Shown piece after piece: positions 10,954 through 26,398 of a stretch of 64,000 bases of DNA. Every line of letters begins with the position of its first letter. The stretch's first letter is position 1. The DNA is from Octopus vulgaris. Lineage: Eukaryota. The translations under genes were made by a program, and so were the position numbers. The stretch is from positions 221,464,001-221,528,000 of the forward strand of contig OX597814.1 in assembly GCA_951406725.2 (NCBI GenBank), in the 5' to 3' direction. The notes below the pieces were generated by a model, which saw nothing but the letters and a program-made list of their open reading frames with translations, was not told the DNA's origin and did not search any database.

Positions 10954-12696
10954 GCAGACATACGTATGGTGTGTATACATACACACCCACGCATACATAG
11001 ACTTATATAATTCATAACGAAATGGAAATATATTACTAGATACTTGTTGGAGAGTTTAGAATATATATCGTACTATTCGGTGTTTTTGTGTTCTTGTTTA
11101 CATCTGTTTTCTTGTACAGATTTTTCTGTGGGGACAAATAATGTTTTTCAGTATTAAAAACGTATAACGCCAAAGTGGTTCCAGGACAAATCCTTTTCAT
11201 TAATTATCCTTGGACGTGTGTTCGTTTCACGCTAACAGCATCGGAAATTTTATTTGAAATAACATGTTCATAAGAAATTCATATCACATCTCCGTAGGAA
11301 TTGCTAGGATATCATTATGTACTGACGAAATGTCACATACAAGGATTTTGTAAATTCTCTCTTATTAAATTTTCCCAAATTCAAATTTTGCAATCCAGGC
11401 TTCTATTTAATGCTTAAAATGTTGCGTTGTTGCCTCTGAATTCCTGTTGTACGTTCAATCAGCTTGTAATTCAAACATGTATCGTTCAGATAAGTAACTA
11501 AATGTCTGGAGTTTGAAATTACACATGGTTAATCAATAAGAAATGATTACTTTACTCATGTTAAAGATATTAGCAGATGGTTTTGGTATTGTGACGCATT
11601 CATTTGTTCATAAATACTATTTTCTGCCTCGAGAATTGTATGAATTTTCTGTCTCAGAAATGATTTAACCTCACTTTAATGTAAAATTTGTTTCATCGCT
11701 GTCTTTTAAACGAGAAATGTATTTTGATAATGAAGTGGAATTGCTTTTATACTTTTCGCTGGACAAATGCTAATTCTGGCTGTATCGAGTTTTAAATTAC
11801 ATTGCAGTTAACTCGATATATGTCTTTTCACTGCACTTACCAATTTTTAAAAATCCTTTTCGTCAGACATTTTAGCATAATGTGGTTGGCATGTACTTAT
11901 TGTTAATTTTTATTTGAGATAAATCAATTCTGCTTCGGCATTTTTGATTATTGTTGGAACCCTATGATTCTTAGATGCCCAGACATCTACAAACAGCATT
12001 AACTGAATTTCGATTAAAAATTATATAAAGTCTGCTGAATGTGGAGAAGTTTCAGTAAGCTGTTTGCAATTATTTAGTGTTATATTTTTATTGTATGGAG
12101 GATAAGACAATAATATCATTCTGATTTGAGTTTCGTTGTTTAAGTGTGATTATTCAATTCCTTATTGAAACCGTTCCATGCAAAGGTTTTAGCATACGCA
12201 TCACACCCTATAGAATTTATCACAGAAATAGACGTCCGATTATGGAAGCAGTACCCATATAACGACCAAAAGCTACGATTAACGTATGTCATATACGCTA
12301 CGAAAGCATACCAGATTATGCACAACGCTTACGCTCCTAAGTTCACTTTCTGGCAGAAAAAACTGCACAACCATAAGCCATCCAGTATTAAAGTACAGTG
12401 CAAAAACAAATATCATTCAACGTCCTTATTCTGAAGCGCAGCTACTCTGGAGGCATTGATGAATTAGGCAATTTATTATTCTAAGTGTACGATCATGTTC
12501 TGATGCATAGAAATGATAAAAAATATTAGAATGCAACACATACATACGTATATTATGTTTATATGTATATATACATTTATACATATATACATATACATAT
12601 AAACATACGTAAAGACACACACATATATATATATATCTGTATAAATGTATGTATGTATTTCTGCGAAGGTGGATATATACATACATACATACATGT

Positions 12697-12734
<38 letters not shown>

Positions 12735-13654
12735 GTATGTATGCATGTAATATATGTATATGTGTATGTAAGTAATGTATGCATGTATGCAGGTATATAT
12801 AAATGTATATATGTATCTATATATGCTTGTATATAGGAGATCTACATAAAAGTCACGAATACAAGCAGAAGGTGGAAAGCTGAAACATCTGGAATCTTAA
12901 GTACATTCTCCGTCACACACACACACACGCACACATACACACACTCACACACGCATACACATATACACACACATACACACGCATACATACAAACACACAC
13001 ACATACACACATTCACGTGTACATGCACAGTGAATGCTTTCCCACAAATACACAATCACACATGCAAATGCTCTGCGCGCACTCAAACATACATCCGCAT
13101 ATTTTGATGAAACATCGTGAAGAGAAAATAAATTGATTTTCCATTTTATAGTCAATCACCTTCGGCTAAAAGAAAGTTTCCATTTCTTATGACACTCTAA
13201 AATGTTGCATTTCACTTCATATTTTGTGCGTACAATAGTCTGGCTAAAGTGAGTAATGTTCAAGAACTCTATGCTTCATAACCACACAGACATACATAGA
13301 CTTATCAAATGCATCCAGTTTATCTATCAATCTACCTACCTCCGTAAATAGGTATGTATGAATATATGCATGTATATAAGCATATATACATATAAATACA
13401 TATATGTATGCATATATCAAACTATATATATATGTATGTATGTATATATCAAAGTATATATATAGTATGATATCCATAGACTTAACAGTTGGGTGCTGTG
13501 AAACAACAGGTGCGGCGCTTCATTGTACGCAAAAATCATTCTAATGTCATATTTCGCTATATTGGCAGAATACAGCGCGCTCTACCCTGAAATATAGAGT
13601 GTAAAAACTATCTGCTGATTTGTAATTGGGCTACACAAATGGAATAAAAGAAAT

Positions 13655-14839
13655 TACTGCTAATGGAAGATTTGGTGATGCGTATCCTGGATGATGGTGA
13701 TGCTGTTGACATCGTTTTATTGGACTTTGCTAAAGCTTTTGACTCGCTTAACCACCGTCTATTACTTGTCAAGTTTCAAGCATATCATTTCCATCCGGAT
13801 ATTGTACGATGGGTTGGTGCTTTCCTCTCAGATCGCTCCTTCCAAGTCCAAGTTAATGGTTCGCTGTCCGACGTCTCCAGTGCGAGCAGTGGCGTGCCTC
13901 AAGGTTCAGTGCTTGGGCGGTTATTGTTTTTAGTCTTCATAAATCACTTGCCCGACGACCTCACGCAACACACCCTTCTATTTGCCGATGATGTCAAACT
14001 GGTCGCTCCTCGCAGTGATATAGCTGATCTTCGTCGATGCCTCCACCAAGTTTGGAGATGGCCTAACGAATGGGACCTGTGTCTGAACGTGTCAAAGTGC
14101 TGTCATCTGCCTGTTGGCTCCTCTCCTGCAACTCAACTTGATTTCGAGCCGGGTCGTCTGCTACTGGAGAGGACCGACCAGGTAAAGGACCTGTGCATCT
14201 TGCTGGATTCTTCCTTTTCGCCTTCGGCCCAAGGCGGAGTTCAGTTTTTGATTCGACGGTCATTCGGAATGCTCACAGCAGCCATATTCCTACCGCTCTA
14301 TGTCACGCTGGTGAGACCCATATTGGAGTACGGGATGCAAGCCTCTTCTCCTTATCTCCTCAAAGACATGCATCATCTTGAAAGAGTCCAGAAGCTGGCT
14401 ACCCGCATGGTTCTTGGTTTCAAGCATTTGTCTTATGAAGAAAGGCTGAAGACGCTCGACCTTTATTCTCTACGAAAACGACGACGCCGTGGAAATCTCA
14501 TTCTCGCTCACAACATCATAAGCAGAAAGTGTAACCTCTCGAAAGAGCTGTTCTTCACCCCTGCTCCAGAGTGTTGGCTGCGGGGTCACTCCGGAAAGCC
14601 CTATCTGCGACGATTTCATCTCAATCGAAGGAGAGGGGCTTTCTCCGTCCGGGTTGCGGATCCGTCGAATAAGCTGCCGGACGAGATAGTGAAGATGCCG
14701 ACGACCGCTCGGTTCAAAGTCTCTCTTGACCAGAAATGGCCTGAACTCTTTGCATGAACACCCTCCCTGTACATAACTCCATGTCCCCCTACATGGCCTT
14801 GCTTTTGCTTTTTGAGCCAAATAATTAACTTAACTAACT
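13655..14839 (+). mobile_element. 5'-truncated CR1-group LINE; RT ORF 13663-14757 (364 aa)
   Basis: DFAKAFDS, GVPQGSVLG, LFADDVKL, LVRPILEYG, LERVQKLATRMV, LSYEERL, LRGH, FSVRV..NKLP motifs; short 3' UTR ending in (TAAC)n-like tail. Confidence 0.93.
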
Positions 14840-15944
14840 CATCTTAATAAATCCAGATGATGCAATAAAATTAATTTCATAATGTATTCCTTATCCATAC
14901 CACATAAGTCAAGTACACGTGTTGTTTAAACACCAGTTGTATATAATCATCTATGAAAATCCATTTAAAGAAGTATGGGGCAAAAAAAAAAAATCCAAAA
15001 GCATAATATATCCGAAGAAGTGATCACGAGAACGCTAAATATGTACTTTGCAGATTATCACAACTGCACATTCGAGTCAACTCCCAAACGAAAGTGAAAT
15101 CTCCAGCCCGGAGTATTTACTATTTCGAATCGGAAGTAACGTCAGTGTGCGGTATTGATAATTTGCTTTTGGAGCTAAATATGTATCTTTCGGTATCGCG
15201 TTTCCTTTTGAAGTAATTTCATTTTGCCTGGTAGTCCACTACATTGTGTATTTTAACACTATATAATTTTTTAAATATATTTTTCCCGGCTTCTGATCTT
15301 TAAGCAGCACACGCATATTAAGCATGCGGCATCGGTCATGTTTACATCATGCAGCTGCCTTTATTGCATAATCACCATAAACACACACGCACGTGCGCGC
15401 GCGCGCGTATAATGTAAATACAATGAGCATTAACTAGGTCAGCATTTGAAGAAGAAAGCTTAATAAATTGGGGATTAGCTGAATCTTTGAATGGAAAGAG
15501 AAAGCATCTGAAAGTTTTGGAAGTTAATCCTTCGTCAAAAGAAAGGCAAGAACAAAGAACATTTGAAGGAGAAATACTCGCAGTAAAACGCACAAAGTGT
15601 AAATACTGCTCTATGGATGATTTAAAATGGTTGTATAATAGATGCAAATACATTTTCACACTCATAGACATAACCACATATAGACATACATACATAGTGA
15701 TAAATTAATTACGAAGCGTCAAGTGCCAAAATATGCAAATTTATGTATCCTCGGTGATGGTGTTACATATTTATGACCGTTTTACAAGGATAATGACATA
15801 TTCTAATCTAGAGGTCATTGAGGAAGAAAACCAAGTAGATTACTAGTTGAAGGAAGAAACTTTGAGGAAACAGACGGAAATGGCGGTCGGAATAAATGTT
15901 GATATTCTTGTATTTCTCTCACAGCTATGCATTTTAATAAAAGA

Positions 15945-16328
15945 CTAGCAGTATCGCCCGGCGTTGCTCAGGTTTGTAAGGGAAATAACTATAAAGCATT
16001 TTTAGAGAGTTATAGCCAAAAAATAGCAAAAAAAAATGGAAAAAAAATTATGGTAAATTTTTTTTGAGAGTTAAAAAGGTGGAGTTGCGTCCCCTAGACG
16101 GTCTGTGGTTTGGGTTTCTGATTCTCGACCCCATGTCGAATTTATCGATTTTTTCAGAACTGGGGGAACTTTTCAAAATTTTCGCTGCGTTAGTTTTGAA
16201 TTATGACATTGGGCTATGTGTGTGTCAAGTTTCATCAGAATCGGTTGAAAGCCGTGGTCAGAGTGAGGGTACGAGAAAACAGACACACAGAAAACGCACA
16301 GACAAACTGCCGTTTATATAGAGAGAGA
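15945..16328 (-). mobile_element. Non-autonomous Helitron
   Basis: On the minus strand starts TC, ends CTAG, sits between A and T; subterminal hairpin CCCGGCGTTGCTCAGG; AAGTTTCATCAGAATCGG and ACAG repeats; same terminus at 36686, 42109 and 45571. Confidence 0.75.
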
Positions 16329-16368
16329 TACACACACACATACGCACACACACAAACACTATATATAG

Positions 16369-16420
<52 letters not shown>

Positions 16421-16857
16421 GTGTGTGTGTGTGTGTGTTCAGCAGTATCATCACCTAGCCGTTTTAAAGCATAAGCGAACTTATATGTTTGCGGCGTATT
16501 TCAGCTTATAAAGACAAATTCACTGCAGCTACCGCGGAGAAAATATTCTCTCTTCTGGTAAAGAGTATAAAAACTCTATAACTGTCAGTGTTGCCCATTG
16601 TCCGATTTCCAAACGCAGCGTTATCAATGGGAAATACTGAACATATATGCTTATATACATGCATATATTCATACATACCTATTTATGGAGGTAGGTAGAT
16701 TGATAGATAAACTGGATGCATTTGATAAGTCTATGGACAAATTTAAAGCTGTACCTTTAACTAAAACAGTTAATAGCATTGACTGAGATGGGCGAAAATA
16801 GATTCTCATACATACACACAGACACAGATACACACACACATATCTAGACCACACGTA

Positions 16858-17432
16858 ATTATTATATGTACTCCGCCTGTTCGCCATTAATCAGCGATTT
16901 AACGTGGTGGGTATGCCGCCCTCATAGCACCGAGCGTAAAGACACCTAAAAGCCATAGACAAGCGATACAACTCACCCCACAACGCATTCAGGAGCGATG
17001 GACATCGATGATTCACCATTTTTGTGGCTTATCAACAACAAATTGTAAGCGAACTGAATCGCCAGCCAATGACCGTATGCAAATAGTGTAAATATCATTA
17101 GCTGGTCTGCCTCAACGATGCATAGGAAAGGAAAAATTCAAATAAAAAGCAGCGCTATCGTTGCAAACATTACCGACCAAAGATACTCAATGCGCCATTC
17201 TTGTTCACCAGTAGGCTGCGCTTTGAAGGGGGAATCCCCACCCTCACTGTAAATAGCAGCCTACCGGTCAACAAGCTGCATTCATACGTTGAGTATGTGT
17301 GGTGGATAATGATTACAATTCTAGCGCTGCTTCTAAATCCATCCAGCTGTTCTTGAGATATCTAGTCCACGGACAAACAAACAAACACGACTGTAAGCAA
17401 TACCTTCAACCTTCGCTAAGGCAGAGGTAATA
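16858..17432. mobile_element. Possible Helentron/DINE-like non-autonomous element
   Basis: Right end AAATCCATCCAG..GAGATATC..ACAAACAAACAAACAC..ATACCTTC..GGCAGAGGTAATAAT is typical of this class; left end uncertain. Confidence 0.35.
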
Positions 17433-17550
17433 ATATATATATATATATATATATATATTTCTTTAGTTATCTTACCGTTTTTACCAATATATATATATTC
17501 ACCCTCATTTATGAATCTAATATCTAATTTTTCACCCTCATTTATGAATT

Positions 17551-17612
<62 letters not shown>

Positions 17613-17677
17613 TATACACATGCATGTGCTTTTTCTTAGCCATTTGAATATCTGCATATATACACTTAAATATACAT

Positions 17678-18927
<1,250 letters not shown>

Positions 18928-18984
18928 GATATGTATGTATGTATATATATACAGAAATATATGGAAACATATCTTAGTTGAAGG

Positions 18985-19239
18985 AAGAATTCTGAGTTCC
19001 GTGAGACTGGCGATGTACCGTAAGAGAGGGATTACAAAGAGTGACAGAGAGAGAGAGAGGGAGAAATGGAAAGACAAGAAAAGACGTCAACAAGAAACTA
19101 TGGATTACAACAGCCGGCAAAGTCTATGCCAGAGAATGTTTGTCCATGATAGGACTACACAGCCATATAGGAAATGTATCATATGAAATGTGCCGGATAG
19201 ACTACTTTATGCAACTCATTGTTCCCGAGACAAAAGGAT

Positions 19240-19243
<4 letters not shown>
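18985..19243 (+). mobile_element. RTE LINE 3' end fragment
   Basis: YARECLSMIGLHSH (RTE C-terminal zinc-finger remnant) followed by CATTGTTCCCGAGACAAAAGGATAC and (TA)n. Confidence 0.6.
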
Positions 19244-19285
<42 letters not shown>

Positions 19286-19286
19286 T

Positions 19287-19373
<87 letters not shown>

Positions 19374-19399
19374 TAATATATATACATATACGTATCATA

Positions 19400-19910
19400 T
19401 GCCTGCTTGTGTAAGCTTCATTTGTATGTTTATGTTACGTAAGCTTTTTGTATTTGCGAACAAGTAGGACTGTTTTTCTTTTAGTTATCATTTGTGACAT
19501 TTGCTTGCCGGCCTGATTTTTGGGACAAAAACAGTTTCATTATACAGTTATATTCATTATATAATGTAATGGTGCATTTATCGAGGACCATCTTAAACGT
19601 AGAGAACTAACGCAAGCCGCTGCATGCTTTAAGATCCCCTTCGGCATGTACGCTGGCAATCATGTTTATACGGGCAACTATATGCATAAACACTCATATT
19701 TTAAGTTTAGGGTTGTAGAAGTTGTAATGAAAAATATAACGTGATGAAGTATTGAGTGAATAAGTCCAGAATTCCATTTTCTCCCCGATGAGTAGCTCCA
19801 ATCCAAACAATACCTTTTGCTTCTTATGCCATTCCAAAATATGTTGCCTAATTCTATAATTATTATTCGATACAAATGACCATTCACTAATTTCGAATTT
19901 TAGTGACCAC
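19400..19910 (-). mobile_element. Degenerate Penelope-like 3' end (GIY-YIG C-terminus plus terminal repeat)
   Basis: ORF 19678-19887 ELGNIFWNGIRSKRYCLDWS..LNLKYECLC resembles the PLE endonuclease tail LS.HIW.LK..I.W..LN..E..C.H. Confidence 0.4.
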
Positions 19911-22348
19911 GTAAGTGAATATATTCTTCTGGGGTTCTTCGTTAGTGGTACACAAATAAAATTATATCTACATCAAGATTACTCCTATACTGTATTTAAG
20001 CTCCGGGGGAAGCTGAATGCAATCATATTATATTGATTAGACTGAATGCTGAAACGATAAGTAGATGTACATGTGAAAATGGTTGGGAAGATTACCCTAA
20101 ACTTAGGCAATGAAAAATATACTAATCCTCGTAGTGCACACAGTTGCATATTGCCAAGGTTTCACACTCTGATCTTATCATGAAATACTTATCTACCTTC
20201 AGTTTCAAAAGCTGGATGCTTCTCAGTCCAGGCGAAGACCGTGAGAGATTAACATGGATCGAATGGAAACTTACACAAATGACCCTCGGATAATGTACTT
20301 TCTAAAATTTCTCATATATCACATGTACTTTGGTACACGTGAAATATGAGATACATATGGGAGCAGCTGAATAAAATACCTTCACTGATCAAAATCCGAC
20401 GAGAGAAGAATGTTGTAGGAACAACTACAGTGACAGCGGTGAATCTTCAGGTGTACATGTCTCGAGTTGAAGCTAATGAAAGAATACAAGCTTAAAATGA
20501 ATATTAGCAATTCTCTCAGGATCAAATTAAGTAAACTACACAATTAAAGAAAGCAGGTTTAAATTCTATGTATCTCACAGAATCTGTGAGCAATACACAC
20601 GCACACACATGTGCACGCCCGCGCACACATACACACACACATACATATACGTGCGTATCTTTCTATCTATGTTAATGCGTGTGTGTGTGTCTATGCGTAT
20701 GTGTGTGTGTCTGCGTCTCTGTGTGTGTATACTAATCAGACAAAACTGGTCATTACGATTTTACATAAATTTATTCACTGTTACGAACGTTTCAAACTGC
20801 TAGAGGTATTGTTTCCTCACTTTTCAACCGTTTGTATGCATTATTGATTAGTTAATCAATTAATTAATAGAACAGTTGAACAGTTAGCCCTCAACCAATC
20901 TCTTAAGACCTTAGATTATTGTGATAGATTTTCTGTGTCTCAAACAGATATACTTGTGAAATTGAATTGTAGCTAACTGACATATGAAATTACTTTCTTT
21001 GATTTATTTTTGTATAGGCCAAATCCCAGTCCTGGTAGGTCGAAATTCTATTACTTAGGGTCTTGAATAATTCGAAACTGCCATATTTGTTTTACTGGGT
21101 AACTATTTAGAGGTATAATAATGCTATTTACTCAAGTCTGCCCCTATTGAAAAACTCACAAGAATGCTTGAAGGCTTTGAGGACTTGCTTATTAAATTCC
21201 AAGAAGATTCTATTCGTATTCTATCATCTTCTATTTCCTGTTATCTTTGATAGTTTACATGATTCCACTGATTATATGTGAGACTACTGACTCAATTATC
21301 AGCAGCATTCTGCATGTGGTTGAAACACTCCCATAATGCAATAATGTGCAGGAACTCTAGCATCTTGCAGGTGTAATTCAGTAACTTCGGGGACGACATT
21401 TCGCTGGAACAAAGAAGAGGTGTCGCAGAGAAATGGAACTCCAGCGATCAAAAAGTGTCACCAATGGGTAAGCTGGAAAGTAAAACAGAAGTAGAAAAAA
21501 AGTAGAAAAAAGGGTGAAGAAAGCGGTGAAATTTGCAGAGTCAGAGCTAGAATAAGAGGTTTGGTACATTTTCTAAAAACCCTCGGATAGCACACAGTAG
21601 GACCAGATGATGTGCTATTTTATTCAGATTCTAGCATAGAGTAGGTGGGTGTGAGGGAAGAAAGAGTAGGATGATGGGACTCAAGTAGTGGAGAAGGAGA
21701 GGATGTTTTGCAACATAATACTATATGATGAAAAACATTGTATGTGGACATTAACCGCGTTAGTTATTCGACGATCCCATCATATCCGTGACAAGATCGA
21801 GAAACTGTTTTACCTATTCCATTCCCAAAAAGGAACCTTAGAGAACCTCGTTAGAATTTATACGGTTGTTAACGATAGCGTTATGAGCAGTTGCTTTGCT
21901 ATGCTCCTCTGTGCACAGTAAATTCCACTCATGATATAAAATATGAGCGATCTTCATCTACATGATCTTTGGTTGGCATATGCACCAAGATCTAGGAGCT
22001 TAGAACTTTTCGGAGAAATTTTGAAAAATCTGATTATACTAGCAAACAAATGACTCACATAATTTCAGTAAATGGAAGAGCAAACTCGTATTTACAGAGA
22101 AAAGGTAAAAACTCTTTTGGCATTAATACAGACTGATGACAATGATTCATACTGTTTGCGAGAATCGTAAAATTTTTCGAAACTTCCTCTAAAATTCTTT
22201 CATGTATATTTAAATTCAGACCTGATTTTGATTTTGTCAATGCCATTCTAGCCTTGCATCAGTTCTTATTTTAAGAGATGAGGAATTATGTACATTATTT
22301 ACATTATTTACATTTGACGGAAATTTTTTCTTATCTTGTTTGTTATTA

Positions 22349-22392
22349 ACACAACGTTTCGTCTGATATAGCCTCCAGCCTTAATCAGGTAT
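22349..22392 (-). ncRNA. Minimal hammerhead ribozyme, mutated core (CTGATTA)
   Basis: ATAC-CTGATTA-AGGCTG..CAGAC-GAA-ACGT-T-GTGT. Confidence 0.6.
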
Positions 22393-22751
22393 CTTGGGGG
22401 AAATTTCGAACTTGGATTCTCATTCCTAAGGTATTTTTCGATGTTGTTGTTGTTGTTCTATTTCTTCTTCTTCTTCTTCTTCTTCTTCTTCTTCTTCTTC
22501 TTCTTCTTCTTCTTCTTCTTCTTCTTCTTCTTCTTCTTCTTCTTCTTCTTCTTCTCCTTCTCCTCCTCCTTCCTTCTTCTTCTTCTTCTTCTTCTTCTTC
22601 TTCTTCTTCTTCTTCATCTTCTTCTAAGCCAGGTCGCGGCTTAGAATCAAACTCGGAATCTTGTAGTTAGTATCCCACGCTCTTAACCACTACGCCATAT
22701 GCCCGTAGGCATACCTTAGGAATTAGAACTTAGGTTCGAAATTTCCCCAAG

Positions 22752-22795
22752 ACACCTGATGAAGGCTGGAGGGTATATCAACCAAAATGTTGTGT
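22752..22795 (+). ncRNA. Minimal hammerhead ribozyme, mutated GAAA
   Basis: ACAC-CTGATGA-AGGCTG..CAACC-AAAATGTT-GTGT; the two copies together give a canonical consensus. Confidence 0.6.
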
Positions 22796-23049
22796 AAACA
22801 ACAAACAAGAGGATAAATATCTGTCAAATGTAAATAATGTAATTGTATCAATTGTTTAGAAATTTAAAGGAATTTACAAAATATACTTTATAGAGTCACA
22901 ATATTAAAAAAAAGTTATTAATCCTTTAAGAATTATTTTAAGAAATCAGAATATCACCACGCTTTTGGAAAAGAGGTATTTGTATGAATTGTATTCTGTG
23001 TGTAAGCGCTTTCTCTCTTCAACTCTTCAAGCACACGTGTTCTGGTCTA

Positions 23050-23750
23050 ATCCATACAGCAAAGATACAGACATGATCTTGTCACCCTTCCCATACAAAA
23101 ATATGTGCTCCACAATTCACAGTACTATGGACCAAATCATCTTACATTGGGAAAACGATACCTCACAATTCTACATAAATCGTTGAATCTCCGACAAATA
23201 ATAATGAGAGAATCCCAAATCCTCAACGGCCGAAAAAACCCCACCAAATCTCAAAAAGCTCCCAACAAGTTGAGACTCACATCGGAAAAAGACATAATAT
23301 AGTGGAGACATAAAACTGTGGAGACTCTCGTTGTGGGACGTGTGAAATAATTAAAGAAGGAACCACCGATAGATTCAAGAGTGGGAAGGAATGAAATTGA
23401 ATGCAAACACGAGTTGCAAAATAAGAAGTAACTGCATCACTTGATCGCAATGAAATGAAAATTAAATTAGAGAAACAGGAATTAACCAACCGCATGAGTG
23501 TGCACACATAACAAATTAATATCTTCATCTCTTTGAAATGGTCCATGTGGTTAAAATCTAGACATTCGTGCAAAGCGAAAATTCAAAATGCTTTCGTTTT
23601 TCAAAATAAGAGACAAAACTGGTGTGGTACGAAATGCAGAAGTAAAATATACATTACAAGAATTCTAAATCTGCAACCAAACCGGAAATTGTCAGCACGA
23701 TTACTAAAGGCAACTTCCTGTTAATGAATTAGAACAGAATACGTGTGTTT
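23050..23750 (+). mobile_element. Degenerate Penelope-like element (cysteine linker plus GIY-YIG region)
   Basis: CGDSRCGTCEIIKEG near 23317 and ETG..NRMSVH near 23470-23505 match the PLE C..RC.TC linker and IGET..L..R..H. Confidence 0.6.
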
Positions 23751-23818
23751 GAAAAGATGAACTACTAAAACTGTAACACGCAGAATACACACTGTAAGAA
23801 AACGTCTGTATATATATA

Positions 23819-24086
23819 TAATAAATTATTAAATTAGGAGAACATTGATTTATATATCCAGGTTTTATTACACAGCTAATTACATCTTTTCATGTCAGTA
23901 CCTGCATATATTTCCGCTGAAAGTCAGTGCACACTGCAGATTTTGCATCTTGATTTGCACATTGTTTGCAATGTGCACTGGCTTGCAGCGGAAATATATG
24001 CAGGTACTGACATGAAAATATGTGATTAACTGTATAATAAAACATGGATCTGTGAATGTCTGTTCTCCTAATTTATGAATTTATTA
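23819..24086. repeat. Imperfect inverted repeat, about 120-bp arms with about 28-nt spacer
   Basis: 23819-23938 pairs with 23967-24086 (TTTTCATGTCAGTACCTGCATATATTTCCGCTG / CAGCGGAAATATATGCAGGTACTGACATGAAAA); element continues to about 24275 between TA runs. Confidence 0.9.
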
Positions 24087-24278
24087 TTTCTTCTCTACTG
24101 ACAACATGCAGTCTTGATAGGGACATGGATTTACAGAAGTGAGGATCTGCTGATGACAGTAAAATAAACTAACTGGATCATCTACATTCACTGAGGTTAG
24201 CCAGAATTTTTAACCAGTAAAAGCGAATACGGTACCCTCTAGAATTGTATATCCCTATTAACCAATTTTAGAAATATA

Positions 24279-24412
24279 TATATAGTTATGTTATGTTCTG
24301 TTAAGAACGAAAATATAGTTATGTTATATTCTATTGAGGACGTATATATAGTTATGTTATATTCTGTTGAGGACGTATATATAGTTACGTTCTATTCTGT
24401 TAGGAACGTATA
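24279..24412. repeat. 33-bp minisatellite, four copies
   Basis: TATAGTTATGTTATATTCTGTTGAGGACGTATA-type units start at 24281, 24314, 24347 and 24380. Confidence 0.9.
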
Positions 24413-24807
24413 AAGCATGTGCTATCCAGTAGTAGTATTATACGTATTTCCAGGTTTGCGTTTGGGCATTTGTCGTGTGTGAATAGATAATTGAAAAAAA
24501 AAAAAAAAAACAGCCCTTTAGCAACAACACATCCTGATAAGCTCAGAGACTACTACTAAATTCAAACCACGACAATGAGGATGTTCTTGAAGCCAAGAAT
24601 TTTAAACTTACGGAGACACTATTTACATATCGCCTGAGGAAACAGAAAATGGCTCCATAATGCAGGGAAACAGTCGCATAATCAAGTAACTGCACACCTG
24701 GAAAACTAAGTTGCGTGGAAACAAATTAAGTGGTTAAAAAATAAATTCCCAACTGTACCCCTCCTTGTTGACTCTAATGTTTTCAGTTATATACATACAT
24801 ATATATG

Positions 24808-24838
<31 letters not shown>

Positions 24839-25817
24839 ATGCATGTATGTATGTATGTATTGGCATGCAAGCATATATATGGACATTGAGGCATTTTACA
24901 AGCAGTGTTACATAGCTCACCTTGAAAGATCGGTAGATCGTCTATGGTGGTTTCGTGACTAGCATCGAAACCAGAGGAAGCGAATCACTTACCTGCCAAA
25001 GAAGGGTTGGAAAATAATCGTCGATATTTGCCTTTGCCTATATAATTACACATTGCAGCATCAGCAGCAGCCTTTTATTTCTTATGAAATGAAAGTTATA
25101 CAATAATGCCCATTTGAAATATCGAACACACGCTGTTTAGTGCAACAATAATTAAATATTGATTACACAGCACGTCAAAGAAGTAATTATGCAAATTGGA
25201 CTAACTTGATTTAGAGATGTCACGTTATTTAGTGGTTATAAATAGCTGTAAGCTTTATTAGGACACAAGTACAACGCAACAAAGACACTATACCATTAAA
25301 CCACCAATAATTTTTATTCTGCACATTAACTGCATTCTAACTATAGAGTAGGTGAACACATCAAAAACCTTGCTTTGCATTTTTGTTTTTGAAAAAAGAA
25401 TTCCAAACCATATTACCCAATACCATTTGTAGAAAAGTACCTCCATATAACAAATAAAATAATGGTTGCAGCTTGTGTACAGTGGACAAAGCTACTCTTT
25501 CTGAAATGTCAGATACATATTTTGAACAAATGGTGTAGGAATTTCTTCAAATCTACAAATGCGTATATATCAATTAAAAAAAGTTCCTGATACCCTAACA
25601 GGAGTAACTTGAATTTTGTTAATATTTTCAAGTTCTTTTTGCTCGTGATTGCTCATATGTATGTATACCTCAATGCATGTATATTTGTCTGTATGAACAT
25701 ACATATGTATATATGTACATGTGCGGAAGTAAGTATATATATATATTTACATTTGTATGTACGCATGTATATGCATAAGCATAAGTACGAGTGTCTTCAG
25801 TTTTGTGTCTGAGTATG

Positions 25818-25864
<47 letters not shown>

Positions 25865-25902
25865 GATTGTGTGTGTGAGTGCGTATATTTATGTATATAT
25901 AA

Positions 25903-25953
<51 letters not shown>

Positions 25954-26046
25954 TAGATAGATAGATGGATGTATATACATACATATTTATACCTGCATGT
26001 ATACCTATGTTTACGTATATATGCATATATATATATACATATATGA

Positions 26047-26077
<31 letters not shown>

Positions 26078-26252
26078 AGTATGTATATATATGCATATGT
26101 ATATATGTATACACACTCACACATAAATGCATAGATACATATATTGTGCAAGAACAAATTTTGAGGTAAACTGGAACAAGATTTAATATAATTTTAAATT
26201 TTAATAAAAAAGGATATAATTTGGAAATATACTTTATAAATATGTTGTTCAA

Positions 26253-26337
<85 letters not shown>

Positions 26338-26346
26338 CCTATCTAC

Positions 26347-26398
<52 letters not shown>

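Larger units (their letters stand above)
22260..22843 (-). mobile_element. tRNA-headed, hammerhead-bearing non-autonomous element with inverted partial copy
   Basis: Minus strand order: tRNA-like head 22704-22630 (TGGCGTAGTGG, GAGTTTGATTCT), (GAA)n, body with HHR at 22392-22349; 22711-22843 is an inverted copy of 22290-22433. Confidence 0.75.

Noticed and set aside
11100-12200. Possible very old Penelope RT on the minus strand
   Set aside because: Only weak hints (ILVCDISS); too degenerate to call
13663-14757. Host gene or autonomous LINE
   Set aside because: 5'-truncated RT only, with no endonuclease or ORF1 and small internal deletions
22630-22704. Functional tRNA gene
   Set aside because: No convincing acceptor stem and a degenerate B box; treated as a SINE-type head
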